The notes: generated by a model from the letters alone, not told the origin. A DNA stretch of 32,000 nucleotides from Wigglesworthia glossinidia endosymbiont of Glossina morsitans morsitans (Yale colony) (GCF_000247565.1 NC_016893.1:510001-542000); one strand, 5' to 3'; numbered from the stretch's first letter, positions 19,801 through 28,871 are shown. Made by a program: numbers and translations.

Positions 19801-20323
19801 GAATAATATCTACAGATAAAATTGAAAAATGTTCATGCCAAAAATTTTCAAAGATTTTTTGATACAAGATAAATTCATCTTCTAATAATGAATTATTTAG
19901 CGTATATCCAGATTCAAATAAATTTAAATTTAACATACGATGACAAAACCCATGAATAGTAAAAATAGAAGCTTCGTCTATTTGTTTTTCTGCAGAAATT
20001 AAACGTAAAATTGCTGTTTTTAAATCTTTAATTTCTTGTATTAAAGGGTGTCGTATATCATAATTAATGCAAGCCAATTTTAAATGAAAAATTTCCTGTC
20101 TAATACGATTTTTTAGTTGATTTTTTGCGGCTTCGGTGTAGGTAACTACCAAGATTTCTTTGATATTTAAACCAGATAAGAATAAACTTTGATTTAATCC
20201 TAATAAAAGTCTTAAATAAAAAATAATAATACTGTAAGTTTTTCCCGTACCTGCTGATGCTTCAATTAAGCACGTATTTTGTATTGGAAAAGTTATTGGG
20301 TTAAGTATTTCATGTTTTTTCAT
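16841..20323 (-). CDS. recB: RecBCD subunit RecB (helicase/nuclease), motifs intact
   Basis: Helicase motifs IEASAGTGKTYSI (Walker A), MIDEFQDTN (motif II) and GDPKQAIYGFRGADI are present. The nuclease motifs GAIDLIFLWKKKYYFIDYKSNWLG and YDLQYQMYTLALHRYL are also present. Confidence 0.96.
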   Translation of the reverse strand: MKKHEILNPITFPIQNTCLIEASAGTGKTYSIIIFYLRLLLGLNQSLFLSGLNIKEILVVTYTEAAKNQLKNRIRQEIFHLKLACINYDIRHPLIQEIKDLKTAILRLISAEKQIDEASIFTIHGFCHRMLNLNLFESGYTLNNSLLEDEFILYQKIFENFWHEHFSILSVDIIRIIFNLWKTPQSLLKDALPFIKGDIPIILDSIDYMQSIENFYYIHVNKINQLKKIWKKIKNKILCKIDFKIFSDKKYKKLDMYIKNIDTWSIKRTQDLHIPVEFEKIKFYLNTINSCYMKIFHIIFFKKLNHAYSYIKKFKQLIFIQVIIIIRKKIKKEKYAQEKLEFDDLLKLLKSALYKSYHLAEVIRHYYPVAMIDEFQDTNKIQYKIFFKIYHRQNMCALILIGDPKQAIYGFRGADIFTYIQIKKKIKICYSLKKNWRSSAGMINAVNCLFQQISNPFIFKYIKYNRIESTQYNYTLNFIKKNQVQPSLEFLHCPYKNMNLKDYQNYMANQYAIKIKNLIHLAQKEHTFFTKKNTICNLTASDITVLVRNRNEANFMQEACDKLSIPNAYLSDSNSIFHTREAQEVLQILEGILYAENSDFLRKSLSTRLLGFNIKQIYKRKATSKYYEYYQKFLFYRDMWKKYGIKLMLNRFITFEIFKFKHIYYGVNKKSINNILHIAEILQEISKNITSKLSLLLWISNQINLPETQNTNYKIPVENNQKIIKIMTIFKAKGLEFPIVFLPFLLNFRKKDYVLFHNKNTHQLILDLNKNLRNKKLTEQERLSEDLRLTYVALTRSIYHCSVGISVLFKGNNKNRFNQTHLTPIGYLVQKRKEGDFDFLKKNLQNLSTISNGDIMINSILMQSKKLSINPVINFNQLKDISWNRNVVNSWKIISYSDFKKDPSFTLKNLSLIVKNKNNNFSPHELPRGKKFGKFVHKIFELIDFQKPLNMNLIKDNLIKYEIDVSLSENIMQWINSILHIPLNNQELFLATISSSKKLTELKFFLSINSKINAKKFNFLIKKYDSISQKCSNIKNIDGVIGMLTGAIDLIFLWKKKYYFIDYKSNWLGSNDESYSLNSMEKEMVKYRYDLQYQMYTLALHRYLKNRLKKYEYNQHFGGIYYLFLRGISKKSFKNQHGIYFLKPNFKLVNSIDNLFLIKK

Positions 20324-20383
20324 ATTTAAATATCATATTACATCGTAATATTTTAAATTATACAATTTATTCATTAAATTTTT

Positions 20384-23300
20384 TTAATAAAAATCTTGTT
20401 TAGAACAGTGAAATTTTAATGGAAAAATTAAATATTTTTTTGATTCTTTGATAATTTTATCAATATAAAATTTTGTCAGGCAAGGTATTACTTTACATAT
20501 ATATGGATCTTTTGATTCTCCAGAAATAAACATATTACCATTCCAAGCATTAATTAATTTCGTACACGCATAATTTTGAGATTTTTTATCTAAATTTAAT
20601 ATTTTTTTATTTTTATTAAAACAATTTATTATCCATTCACTACCACATTTATTTAATAAAGTTAGTGGAAAGTTTGTGCCTTGTTGATAACCGATTATAA
20701 AAATATATAATAGTTCTTTTGCTTTTTTTTGTGATATATGTGTATAATGCCAATGTGATTCTATACCAAAAAAATAACTATCACCTATTCCTCCTGAAAT
20801 GCAATACAGCAAATGTTCTATCCAAAATAATAAACCATCATATAAAGATAACTTACGTATGTTCCAGCGTAATAATCCAGATTTAGAAATATTAAATAAA
20901 AAACCCATTATTTTCACATCCCCGCATTCAAAACATACTTTAATCTTATTAATTGTAGTACATTTATATTTATTAATCATATTAACTAACTTTAATATTT
21001 TATCACATTGTTGTTCTGCGATAATCATTCCAATTTTTCCGTAAGGAATATTTTTTATTTCATAAAAAATATTTTTTATCTTCATTTTTGGATAGTTTTG
21101 CATAAAATACCGAAATAAATTAATGTTAATACAATTTTTTATTAATTGAAAATTGAAGTTGTTTTTTTTATTATGCAAATAATTCAAACTATTTGAAAAA
21201 TTTATATTTAAGTAATATTTACACCAAAAACGTATTGGATGTGTATAAAATTCTAAAAATTTGTTTATTAATATCTGAAAAATATATTTATTTTTTTTAT
21301 TTCTAAAAGTTAACGTGCAAGAATTTTTTTTTATATCTTGGTTATTTTTTAATAAATTTTGATGATAATTCTGAATATTTAATATGCAAGATAAACTTGA
21401 TTGATTGATATTTTTTTTTATTAAAAAGTCTTTTACTAAAAAAAAATTTTCTAAAAAACTAGTTATATTTTTATTTGGAAATCGAAAACTAACTGCAATA
21501 TATTCTAGTAATTCATTAATAATAACAGAAGAATATTGCAATTTATCTGCTTGTATTGAATTTTTCAAAAAACTAATATATAAATTATTTTTCGCAGATA
21601 ATAATATTTTTAAAAATGCATATCGATCTTCATCATAACAATTTTGATCTCCAAATCGCGGTGATTGATACATCAAATCAAAATCGATATGAATATTAGA
21701 TTTAGGATATACATTATCGTTCATGCCTAGTAAACAAATTACTTTATATGGAAATGTTTTTGAAGCAGAAAAATTGCAAAAATCAATGTTTCCAGATAAA
21801 AATTTTTGACTATATTTTTCTTGATCAATATTTTTAAATAAAATTTGTGATAGTACCTCGATATTAATTAATTTGTTGTATTTTGAATATTCTCCGTTGA
21901 GAATAATTTTGCTCCAATTTTTTTTTAATATTTTTAGTACTTTTTTTTCTTCTTTATTAGGTTGGAAAAAATCACAGATTATTTCATTTATACAATCTTT
22001 CCATAAATGCAATTCGCGCGAACAAGATAATTTTTCGTACCATATGGTAATTTGATCAATAATTTCTGATAATTTTCCTACTGCATGAAAAATATTAATT
22101 TTATTATATTTTTGTTTGAAAAAAAATTCATATTTGTTTTCTTTTTTTGTCATAGCATATTCGTATAATATTTGTTTAATATTCTCTGTCCAAGTATGTT
22201 TAGAAATACAATTTGGGTGATTTTTTTGGAAAATTTTACTGTTCAATCCCCAACGAATTTCCGTATGAGTAATTAAATTTTTTAATATTTTAAGTTCATT
22301 CGAATTTATTCTATATCGATTTGCAATTGCTGAACATTCTAAAAAAGAAAAAATTTGTTCCACAGAAAATGTATATTTAGGTAGTTTTAAAAGATTAAAA
22401 ATATTTGATAAAATAGGATGTAATTTTAATATTTTTCTATCTGAAATATTTGCATGTATATTATATAAATTTTTGTTAAATACTGATTGAATTGCTTGAG
22501 CATATTTTTCTATGTCTATAGACATTACGATAATATCTCGAGGCGAGATATGGTGATTCCTTGAAAGAATGTCAAGAAGATATATATATAATAACTCGAT
22601 TTCATTGTATATACTATTGCATTCGCAAATATATATCGAATTATCTTTAACATCTAAATAACGCATACTATCTGAAATTAAGCTATTTGATTGAATATTA
22701 GAATAATATCGATGTTTTAATATATCATTTTTTAAATAATTTAATAATGTATTATTTTTTCTTTTATAAAAAGCTTCTATATTTATGATATAATCCAAAT
22801 TTTCTAGTAAAAGTAAATAATCAGACCCTGATTTGCCCCAAGAAGCTAATAAAGAATATTTAACAGAAATTTTTTTAAGTGATTTATTTATTTTTTTTGT
22901 ATATGATTTAGGAAAATATGAAAAACAATTTTGATTTTGAATATCACTCCAGTACTTATAGGAAGGATTCACAAAAAATAAATGTACTTCAAGATGCATA
23001 CTGATTTGTTCTAAAATTCTTAAATATATTGGAGGCATAAATGAAACATTGAATAAGAAAATTCTTTTTGGATGGTTTTGAGGTAAATTTAAACTTTTTT
23101 TAATCATTTCAACGCACATCTGATATATATTAGAAATATTAAAATTTTTTTCTTTTTTTATTTTTTTTACTAACTTTTTCCATATAACAGATTGCCAAAT
23201 TTGCTCTTTTCCTATATTTTTAATTAATTTATTTTGTTCCCATAAAGATATCCAATCAGGACGAAAAATAAGGTATTGAAAATACAAATCAGATAGTTTG

Positions 23301-23683
23301 TTAGCAAAATAAAAAATTTGATACTGATTATTAATTTTTAATAATTGATTTAATTCTGAATATTTTTCAAAATTTTTAATATTCAATATTATACGTACAA
23401 TATACCACATAAGCATTGTTTTAAAAGAAAAATGATCATGAGGAAGATTTTTTATATTTATTTTTAATATATTCCAAATAAAATTATTAACCAACAAAAA
23501 ATCTATGTTTAAAACTATATCTATGTCATATGCAAGTTTTATTTTTAACCATTTCATCATTGATTGATGATTAACAATAATAATTTCGTTGCACATAGCA
23601 TTTCGTATAGGAAATCTTTTCATAAAAGACGATAAAATACTTTTTAAAATTTCTAAATCATTAGAGTAATATGTATAAATCAT
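20384..23683 (-). CDS. recC: RecBCD subunit RecC
   Basis: MIYTYYSNDLEILKSIL.../MLRVYHSNRLDVLEAL...; LLASWGKSGSDYLLLL/LLASWGKLGRDYIYLL; ISPRDIIVMSIDIEKY/LTPRDIIVMVADIDSY; VICLLGMNDNVYP/VVCLLGMNDGVYP; DRYAFLKILLSAKNNLYISF/DRYLFLEALISAQQKLYISY. Confidence 0.93.
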   Translation of the reverse strand: MIYTYYSNDLEILKSILSSFMKRFPIRNAMCNEIIIVNHQSMMKWLKIKLAYDIDIVLNIDFLLVNNFIWNILKINIKNLPHDHFSFKTMLMWYIVRIILNIKNFEKYSELNQLLKINNQYQIFYFANKLSDLYFQYLIFRPDWISLWEQNKLIKNIGKEQIWQSVIWKKLVKKIKKEKNFNISNIYQMCVEMIKKSLNLPQNHPKRIFLFNVSFMPPIYLRILEQISMHLEVHLFFVNPSYKYWSDIQNQNCFSYFPKSYTKKINKSLKKISVKYSLLASWGKSGSDYLLLLENLDYIINIEAFYKRKNNTLLNYLKNDILKHRYYSNIQSNSLISDSMRYLDVKDNSIYICECNSIYNEIELLYIYLLDILSRNHHISPRDIIVMSIDIEKYAQAIQSVFNKNLYNIHANISDRKILKLHPILSNIFNLLKLPKYTFSVEQIFSFLECSAIANRYRINSNELKILKNLITHTEIRWGLNSKIFQKNHPNCISKHTWTENIKQILYEYAMTKKENKYEFFFKQKYNKINIFHAVGKLSEIIDQITIWYEKLSCSRELHLWKDCINEIICDFFQPNKEEKKVLKILKKNWSKIILNGEYSKYNKLINIEVLSQILFKNIDQEKYSQKFLSGNIDFCNFSASKTFPYKVICLLGMNDNVYPKSNIHIDFDLMYQSPRFGDQNCYDEDRYAFLKILLSAKNNLYISFLKNSIQADKLQYSSVIINELLEYIAVSFRFPNKNITSFLENFFLVKDFLIKKNINQSSLSCILNIQNYHQNLLKNNQDIKKNSCTLTFRNKKNKYIFQILINKFLEFYTHPIRFWCKYYLNINFSNSLNYLHNKKNNFNFQLIKNCININLFRYFMQNYPKMKIKNIFYEIKNIPYGKIGMIIAEQQCDKILKLVNMINKYKCTTINKIKVCFECGDVKIMGFLFNISKSGLLRWNIRKLSLYDGLLFWIEHLLYCISGGIGDSYFFGIESHWHYTHISQKKAKELLYIFIIGYQQGTNFPLTLLNKCGSEWIINCFNKNKKILNLDKKSQNYACTKLINAWNGNMFISGESKDPYICKVIPCLTKFYIDKIIKESKKYLIFPLKFHCSKQDFY

Positions 23684-23763
23684 AATTTTTAATTTTATTT
23701 GAAATAAGATGCATTATTAATTGATAGTAACATATTAAGAATATCAATTATAAAGATAAGAAT

Positions 23764-24249
23764 TTATTCTTTCCATAATTTTAATTTCTTGCATGTTATC
23801 TTAGATAATCTATATGCTAAAGTGGTACCATCAGGAAATATTAAATTAGGCGATATTTCCATTAAAGGGTACAAGAAAAAGGATCTATTATATAGATCAT
23901 AATGTGGAATAATTAAATCTGAAAATTTATATATATTATTTTCAAAAAGTAAAATATCTAAATCTAAACTACGAGGCCCCCATTTTATAGAATTTCTTTG
24001 TCTACCTTGGTTATTTTCTATTTTTTTTATTTTTTTTAAAAGTTCTCTAGGTAATAAATTAGTATATAATTTTACTACTGCATTAAGAAAATTTGGTTGA
24101 TTTCTTGTTCCAAGAGGTTTACTATTATAATATTGGGAACACGCAAGAATTTTTGTATTTGGAAGATTTTTTAAAGCATTTATAGCACAATCTGCTTGTA
24201 TTTTAGGGTTTTTTATATTACTACCTATTGCAATCCATGTATTATACAT
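23764..24249 (-). CDS. folK: 2-amino-4-hydroxy-6-hydroxymethyldihydropteridine pyrophosphokinase (HPPK, folate pathway)
   Basis: The N-terminal AIGSNI...P context is present. KWGPRSLDLDILLF matches the HPPK signature RWGPRTLDLDI.LF. The length of about 160 aa is typical. Confidence 0.85.
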   Translation of the reverse strand: MYNTWIAIGSNIKNPKIQADCAINALKNLPNTKILACSQYYNSKPLGTRNQPNFLNAVVKLYTNLLPRELLKKIKKIENNQGRQRNSIKWGPRSLDLDILLFENNIYKFSDLIIPHYDLYNRSFFLYPLMEISPNLIFPDGTTLAYRLSKITCKKLKLWKE

Positions 24250-24895
24250 ATATTTTAATTAATCCATAATTTTAAAAAAATTTTAATTGTTAATAAAATT
24301 AAGTTTTTATTTATAAAAGTTTGAATAGAAATATATTTAGTAGTGTTTATTAATGATTAATTTATATTATATATCAAAACAGTATGTTGTTTGAATTTAT
24401 AAGATTTAATCAATATTTAAATCTTGTTAAGATTAATCAATTTTAATATTTGATAGAAAATGATTATTTTAAATAAAAAAAATCAATATTTATATTTAAC
24501 AAATAAACAATCTGAATTTATTAAATTTTATTTTGAAAAATAATGAATTTAAAAATTTTTTTAGTTGTTGATGAAAAAATTAAAGAAATAATTTTTTATT
24601 TCAATTCAAATACAATTAATTTACTTATATTTATAAAAAAAAACTTATACTTTTCAAATTTTTTTATATTTTATATATGCGCATTAACTTAAAAAGTGTT
24701 ATTTTAAAAATTTAATTGAAAATTATTGAATCAATTAACAATTTTTATGAAATTAAATTTTTTATACAAAATATTTCTAATGTTTAAAATTTAAATCAAA
24801 TTTTATCAAAATTTATAAAATTGATTCTTTAAAATGAACTTTAGATATGTTCAAACAATTTTTTAATTTATATAAAAGTAAAATAATTTTTTATT

Positions 24896-26293
24896 TTAAA
24901 AATTTGCATATTTTGGCGTTCTAGGAAATGGAATAAGATCTCTTACATTTTTAATTCCAGTAACATATGATAGTAATCTTTCTAATCCTAAACCGAATCC
25001 TGAATGCGGCACTGTTCCATATCTTCGTAAATCTTGATACCAATTATAATTTTCAGGATTAAGATTGTTTTCTTTTAAACGTAAATTTAATTGTTCCCAA
25101 CGTTCTTCTCTTTGAGATCCTCCAATGATCTCTCCGATGCCTGGTAATAAAATATCTGCGGATGCAACAGTTTTTTGATCTTGATTTAAACGCATATAAA
25201 ATGCTTTTATTTTTTTTGGGTAATTTTTAATAACTATTGGTTTTTTATAATATATATCAGATAAATATTTTTCGTGCTCTGAAGAAAAATCTTCTCCCCA
25301 ATTTAAATAAGATTTAAAATAATTAGTAGAATTGTTTATAATTTTTATTGCTTCTGTATATTCTATAAAAAATGCTTCACTTACAATGAATTGTTGCATA
25401 CGATTAATTAAATTAGTGTTTGTTTTTTTTTCTAAAAAAATTAAATCATCAAAACATCTACCTAAAACATTTTTAAAAATATTTTTTAACATTTTATATG
25501 CGAAAAGTATAATTTCATCTAAATTTAAAAAAGCTGCTTCAATTTCAATCATCCAAAATTCTGCTAAATGTCTAGTAGTGTTTGAATTTTCAGCACGAAA
25601 AGTTGGTCCAAAAGTGTAAACTTTAGATAAAGCACAAGCGTAACTTTCTAAGTGTAACTGACCAGAAACGGTTAAAAATGTTTTTTTTCCAAAAAAATCT
25701 TTTTTATAATCTACTTTTCCTTTTAAATTTTTTGGAATATCTTCAAAATTTAAAGTAGAAACACAAAACATTTCTCCACTTCCTTCTGTATTTAAAGCGG
25801 TAATTAATGGAGTAGAAATCCATAAAAAACCTTGTTGGCTTAAAAATGTATGTATTTCTTGAGCGATAAAATGTCGTATTCTTGTAATTGCACCAATAAT
25901 ATTTGTTCTAGGCCTCAAATGAGCTAAATTTCTCAAATATTCTAAAGTATGTGATTTAGGTGCTATAGGATAAGTTTCTGGATTAAATACGTTACCTATA
26001 ATTTTGATAGATTTTGCATAAATTTCTAGTTGATCTTTATTAATAGATTTTTGAACAATCCCTTCTATGCAAACAGAACATCCAGAAGTTAATTGTAAAA
26101 TGTCTTTTTTATAGTTTTTTAAATCTTTATTTGCAATTACTTGTATATGTTTAAAGCATGATCCATCATATATGTCAATGAAAGAAATGCCTATTTTTGA
26201 ATCTCGTTTGTTTCTTACCCATGCATTAATAAAAATTATTTGCGATGTTAAAATTTTTTTATTAAAAATATCAATAATTGTAGTTAATTTCAA
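24896..26293 (-). CDS. asnS: Asparagine--tRNA ligase
   Basis: Class II motifs are present: FRAENSNTTRHLAEFWMIE (motif 2) and GFGLGLERLLSYVTG (motif 3). The C-terminus DLIPFPRTPKYANF matches E. coli ...IPFPRTPRNASF. Length is 465 aa. Confidence 0.96.
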   Translation of the reverse strand: MKLTTIIDIFNKKILTSQIIFINAWVRNKRDSKIGISFIDIYDGSCFKHIQVIANKDLKNYKKDILQLTSGCSVCIEGIVQKSINKDQLEIYAKSIKIIGNVFNPETYPIAPKSHTLEYLRNLAHLRPRTNIIGAITRIRHFIAQEIHTFLSQQGFLWISTPLITALNTEGSGEMFCVSTLNFEDIPKNLKGKVDYKKDFFGKKTFLTVSGQLHLESYACALSKVYTFGPTFRAENSNTTRHLAEFWMIEIEAAFLNLDEIILFAYKMLKNIFKNVLGRCFDDLIFLEKKTNTNLINRMQQFIVSEAFFIEYTEAIKIINNSTNYFKSYLNWGEDFSSEHEKYLSDIYYKKPIVIKNYPKKIKAFYMRLNQDQKTVASADILLPGIGEIIGGSQREERWEQLNLRLKENNLNPENYNWYQDLRRYGTVPHSGFGLGLERLLSYVTGIKNVRDLIPFPRTPKYANF

Positions 26294-26809
26294 ATAAGTA
26301 TCCTTTAATTTTTTGTGTATTAATTTATCTAAATTTGTGTAGCACTATATCATAGAATTCAATTATACTAATTTAAGAAATTAAAAATAATTTTAATTTT
26401 TTTTGAGTGTTACTCAAGTTAATAATAATAATTTATTGCGTAGAAAATAAAATATTTAATTTATTTTATTTGATTATGATATAAAATATATAGTCATCTC
26501 TTATATGCTTTTATAATTCAACCTAAATACAAAATACGTAAACGGAATAAGAAAATTTTTATTCAATAATTTTAATATGTTAAATATGAAAAATCATTCT
26601 TATGATTTCATAAAATATAATAGTTATTAAATATTTTAATTAGAAATTTTTAAGAAATTTTAATTCAAATATTGAAAACTCGTATAAATCATATTTTTTA
26701 TACATGCTTATATTAATTAAAAAATTTTATATTTAATTCTTATTTTAAGATAAATTCAGATAAAATAAATTTTATTTTTTAGATTTTAAATACTTTCAAG
26801 GAGCAAGTG

Positions 26810-27157
26810 ATGCGTCACTACGAAATAATATTTATGGTGCATACCGATCAAAGTGAACAGGTATCTAAAATTATTGAACATTATACTACAATTATTAAAA
26901 AAAATTCAGGATATGTACATCGATTAGAAGATTGGGGCAGAAGGCAATTAGCTTACCCAATTAAAAAATTACATAAAGCACATTACGTTCTCATGAATAT
27001 AGAAACATCTACAAAGATATTAGAAGAAATTATACAAGATTTAAAATTAAATAGCGCTATATTAAGAAATATGATTTTAAAAATTAAATCTGCCGTTACA
27101 GAGCCGTCTCCTATGTTTAAAGTCAAAGAAGAAAAAAATATAGATAATGGAAATTAA
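26810..27157 (+). CDS. rpsF: 30S ribosomal protein S6
   Basis: [18 protein letters not shown] aligns with E. coli MRHYEIVFMVHPDQSEQV. AAGGAG at 26798-26803 lies 6 nt before the ATG at 26810. The GTG at 26807 in the track is probably not the start. Confidence 0.96.
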   Translation: MRHYEIIFMVHTDQSEQVSKIIEHYTTIIKKNSGYVHRLEDWGRRQLAYPIKKLHKAHYVLMNIETSTKILEEIIQDLKLNSAILRNMILKIKSAVTEPSPMFKVKEEKNIDNGN

Positions 27158-27327
27158 TTTGTTAAAATTAATAGATTTTGATAACAAAATTCTATATATA
27201 TTAAAAATATTTTAAAGTTTTTAAAAAAAATTCAAACGAGAAAATCAAATAAATTAAATTTTTTAAAAAATTTTTATTTTTGATTTAAACACCTATATGT
27301 TTTTAAATTTTTTGGAGAATATTGATA

Positions 27328-27552
27328 ATGCGTAACTTTCGTAGACGTAAGTTTTGTCGATTCACAGTAGAAAAGATTCATCATATAGATTATAAAGATA
27401 TTGCTCTTTTAAAGAACTATGTTACGGAAAATGGGAAAATAGTGCCAAGTAGAATTACCGGAACACGTGCTAAATATCAAAGAAAACTTTCTAAAGCTAT
27501 TAAGAGAGCACGCTATTTATCACTTTTACCATATACTGACCATCACAATTAA
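27328..27552 (+). CDS. rpsR: 30S ribosomal protein S18
   Basis: [10 protein letters not shown]...[54 protein letters not shown] is nearly identical to E. coli S18. GGAG at 27314-27317 favours the ATG at 27328 over the TTG at 27322. Confidence 0.96.
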   Translation: MRNFRRRKFCRFTVEKIHHIDYKDIALLKNYVTENGKIVPSRITGTRAKYQRKLSKAIKRARYLSLLPYTDHHN

Positions 27553-27591
27553 AAAAAATCTAAAAATTTAAAAAAAATATACGGAACTAAA

Positions 27592-28044
27592 ATGCAAATT
27601 ATTTTATTAAAAAAAATTATTAATTTAGGTAATCCCGGAGATCAAGTTAGTGTTAAACCTGGATATGCTAGAAATTTTTTATTTCCTAGAAATTTAGCCA
27701 TCATAGCTTCTGAAGAAAATGTGAAACATTTTGAATATAAAAAAATTAAACTAGAAGAAAAATTAAAATACGAAACATCTTTATTAGTAAATCGATGTGA
27801 CAAGATAAAGAACTTAAAGTGTATTGAAATTAGTTGTAAAGCAGGACGTAATGGTAAATTATTTGGATCTGTCGGAGCACGACAGATTGCAGAAAAAATT
27901 AAAGAAAAAAACGTACACGTAATGAAACATGAAATTAAATTAATAGACGGTCCTTTAAGATTAATTGGTTCATATAAAGTAAAAATTCAAATAAATCAAA
28001 AAATTTTTACTACTATTGATGTAATACTAAAAAATAACATTTAG
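27592..28044 (+). CDS. rplI: 50S ribosomal protein L9
   Basis: MQIILLKKIINLGNPGDQVSVKPGYARNFLFPRNLAI matches the L9 N-terminal domain. It takes the operon position after rpsR. Confidence 0.95.
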   Translation: MQIILLKKIINLGNPGDQVSVKPGYARNFLFPRNLAIIASEENVKHFEYKKIKLEEKLKYETSLLVNRCDKIKNLKCIEISCKAGRNGKLFGSVGARQIAEKIKEKNVHVMKHEIKLIDGPLRLIGSYKVKIQINQKIFTTIDVILKNNI

Positions 28045-28393
28045 TAGTATATTTTATGAAATAAGATCTATAATGAAATTTTTTGTACGTTTACTGCGAT
28101 ATTTTGTATTGATTGTAATTAAAATCAATACACAGCTTAAATTTTTCATTAAAAAACTAAAATGTACTATAAATATAATGTTCAAAAAATAATTAAATTA
28201 AAATTTTAGAATTTAAAAATCCATTAATATTTAAAAAATTTTTCATTCTTTAAGATTTATTTCAGACAATTTTTGTATTTTTTTTGAAATGTTTTCAATA
28301 TGGTATTTTAAATAAGAAAATTTTAGATTATTTAAATATCCAAATATAATGCAACATAGATTCTATTTTATACATCTTAAAAGGAGTTTAGAT

Positions 28394-28597
28394 ATGACTG
28401 ACGAAGTAGATTTAGCAAGTCAAAGTGAAGAAGAATTCCGACAGTATTCTTTATCACGCCATCAAGCGTATGCGCTTCCAATTAACGGGCGTTGTTATAA
28501 TTGTGAAGAATCAACTTCAGGAAATTTTTGTTGTGTGGAGTGTCGAGAAGATTGGGAAAAAAGAAAATATTTTGAACGTCAAAAAAAAGTTGATTGA
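28394..28597 (+). CDS. Small (67 aa) TraR/DksA-family-like C4 zinc-ribbon protein (tentative)
   Basis: AAGGAG at 28381-28386 lies 7 nt before the ATG at 28394; the track ORF from 28349 is an upstream extension. The product is MTDEVDLASQSEEEFRQYSLSRHQAYALPINGRCYNCEESTSGNFCCVECREDWEKRKYFERQKKVD. The N-terminus xDExDxA resembles F-plasmid TraR (MSDEADEAY, from memory). CxxC...CxxC is at C34/C37 and C47/C50. The ORF is markedly GC-richer than its flanks. Confidence 0.5.
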   Translation: MTDEVDLASQSEEEFRQYSLSRHQAYALPINGRCYNCEESTSGNFCCVECREDWEKRKYFERQKKVD

Positions 28598-28644
28598 TTT
28601 TTGTAGAATATTCTATATAAAAATTTTAAATTAATAAAAAATTC

Positions 28645-28690
28645 TAAAGCAGATAAAATCTTAAATAAATAAGTTATCTGCTTTATTTAA
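28645..28690 (+). terminator. Candidate intrinsic terminator after the TraR-like ORF
   Basis: aaagcagataa (28645-28655) pairs perfectly with ttatctgcttt (28673-28683). An inner ctta/taag pairing shortens the loop. The stem is followed by a T-rich atttaattt. It is weaker than the groEL terminator because of its long loop. Confidence 0.4.
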
Positions 28691-28838
28691 TTTCTGGAAA
28701 ATTTAAATTTAATTTTATATAAGATATATTCTAAATGAATTTCATAATGCATCTATTAATTTTTTAAAAATAACAGAATAATGAAAAATAAAAACTTTTT
28801 CAGTATAATTAAAAATCAAAAACGATTTTTTTTATGTA

Positions 28839-28871
28839 CCCCTTGAAGGATTGTATATTGATCCCCATTTA
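28839..28871 (+). promoter_or_regulatory. Sigma-32 (heat-shock) promoter of groES-groEL
   Basis: CCCCTTGAA (28839-28847), a 15-nt spacer, then CCCCATTTA (28863-28871). This matches the sigma-32 consensus CCCTTGAA / CCCCATNT(A). It is an isolated C-rich island in roughly 90% AT spacer, 135 nt upstream of the groES ATG. Confidence 0.85.

Noticed and set aside
24250-24895. A possible pcnB pseudogene upstream of folK (E. coli has pcnB-folK).
   Set aside because: The idea is plausible by synteny. However, the 646-bp spacer is far shorter than pcnB, and I could not recognise any nucleotidyltransferase motif in any frame. The evidence is too weak for a finding.
26294-26806. A possible replication origin at the divergent asnS | rpsF junction, where gene orientation switches from a long reverse-strand block to a forward-strand block.
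   Set aside because: I found no convincing DnaA boxes; the best matches, TGTGTATTA and TGTGTAGCA near 26314-26345, each have 2 or more mismatches to TGTGGATAA. There are no clustered GATC sites or 13-mer-like repeats, and there is none of the usual gidA/mioC/dnaA context. Forward-strand genes also occur earlier in the window (2809-8338), so the orientation switch is not unique. A cumulative GC-skew on the whole genome would settle it.
28106-28131. AT-dominated hairpins that could be terminators: gtattgatt/aatcaatac after rplI (28106-28131), cttatataa/ttatataag after dsbA (31816-31836), and aaaagata/tatctttt downstream of rpmE (about 1700-1722).
   Set aside because: The stems are almost all A-T with weak or absent T-tracts. 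Inverted repeats of this kind occur by chance throughout AT-rich spacers. Only the groEL terminator, and more tentatively the hairpin at 28645-28683, stand out from background.
28284-28350. Sigma-70-like hexamers upstream of the TraR-like ORF: TTGAAA at 28284-28289, an extended -10 TGgTATTTT at 28301-28309, and TTAGAT-16-TATAAT ending at 28350.
   Set aside because: TATAAT-like and TTGA-like words are ubiquitous at this composition, so motif matching alone has no discriminating power. They are not reported as features.
28425-28634. A 69-aa forward-strand ORF overlapping the TraR-like ORF in another frame, and the upstream extension of the TraR-like ORF to 28349.
   Set aside because: The frame that carries the acidic N-terminus, the CxxC...CxxC motif and the AAGGAG-7nt-ATG context (28394) is the coherent one. 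The alternative frame gives a featureless product. The 28349 start lacks a Shine-Dalgarno.
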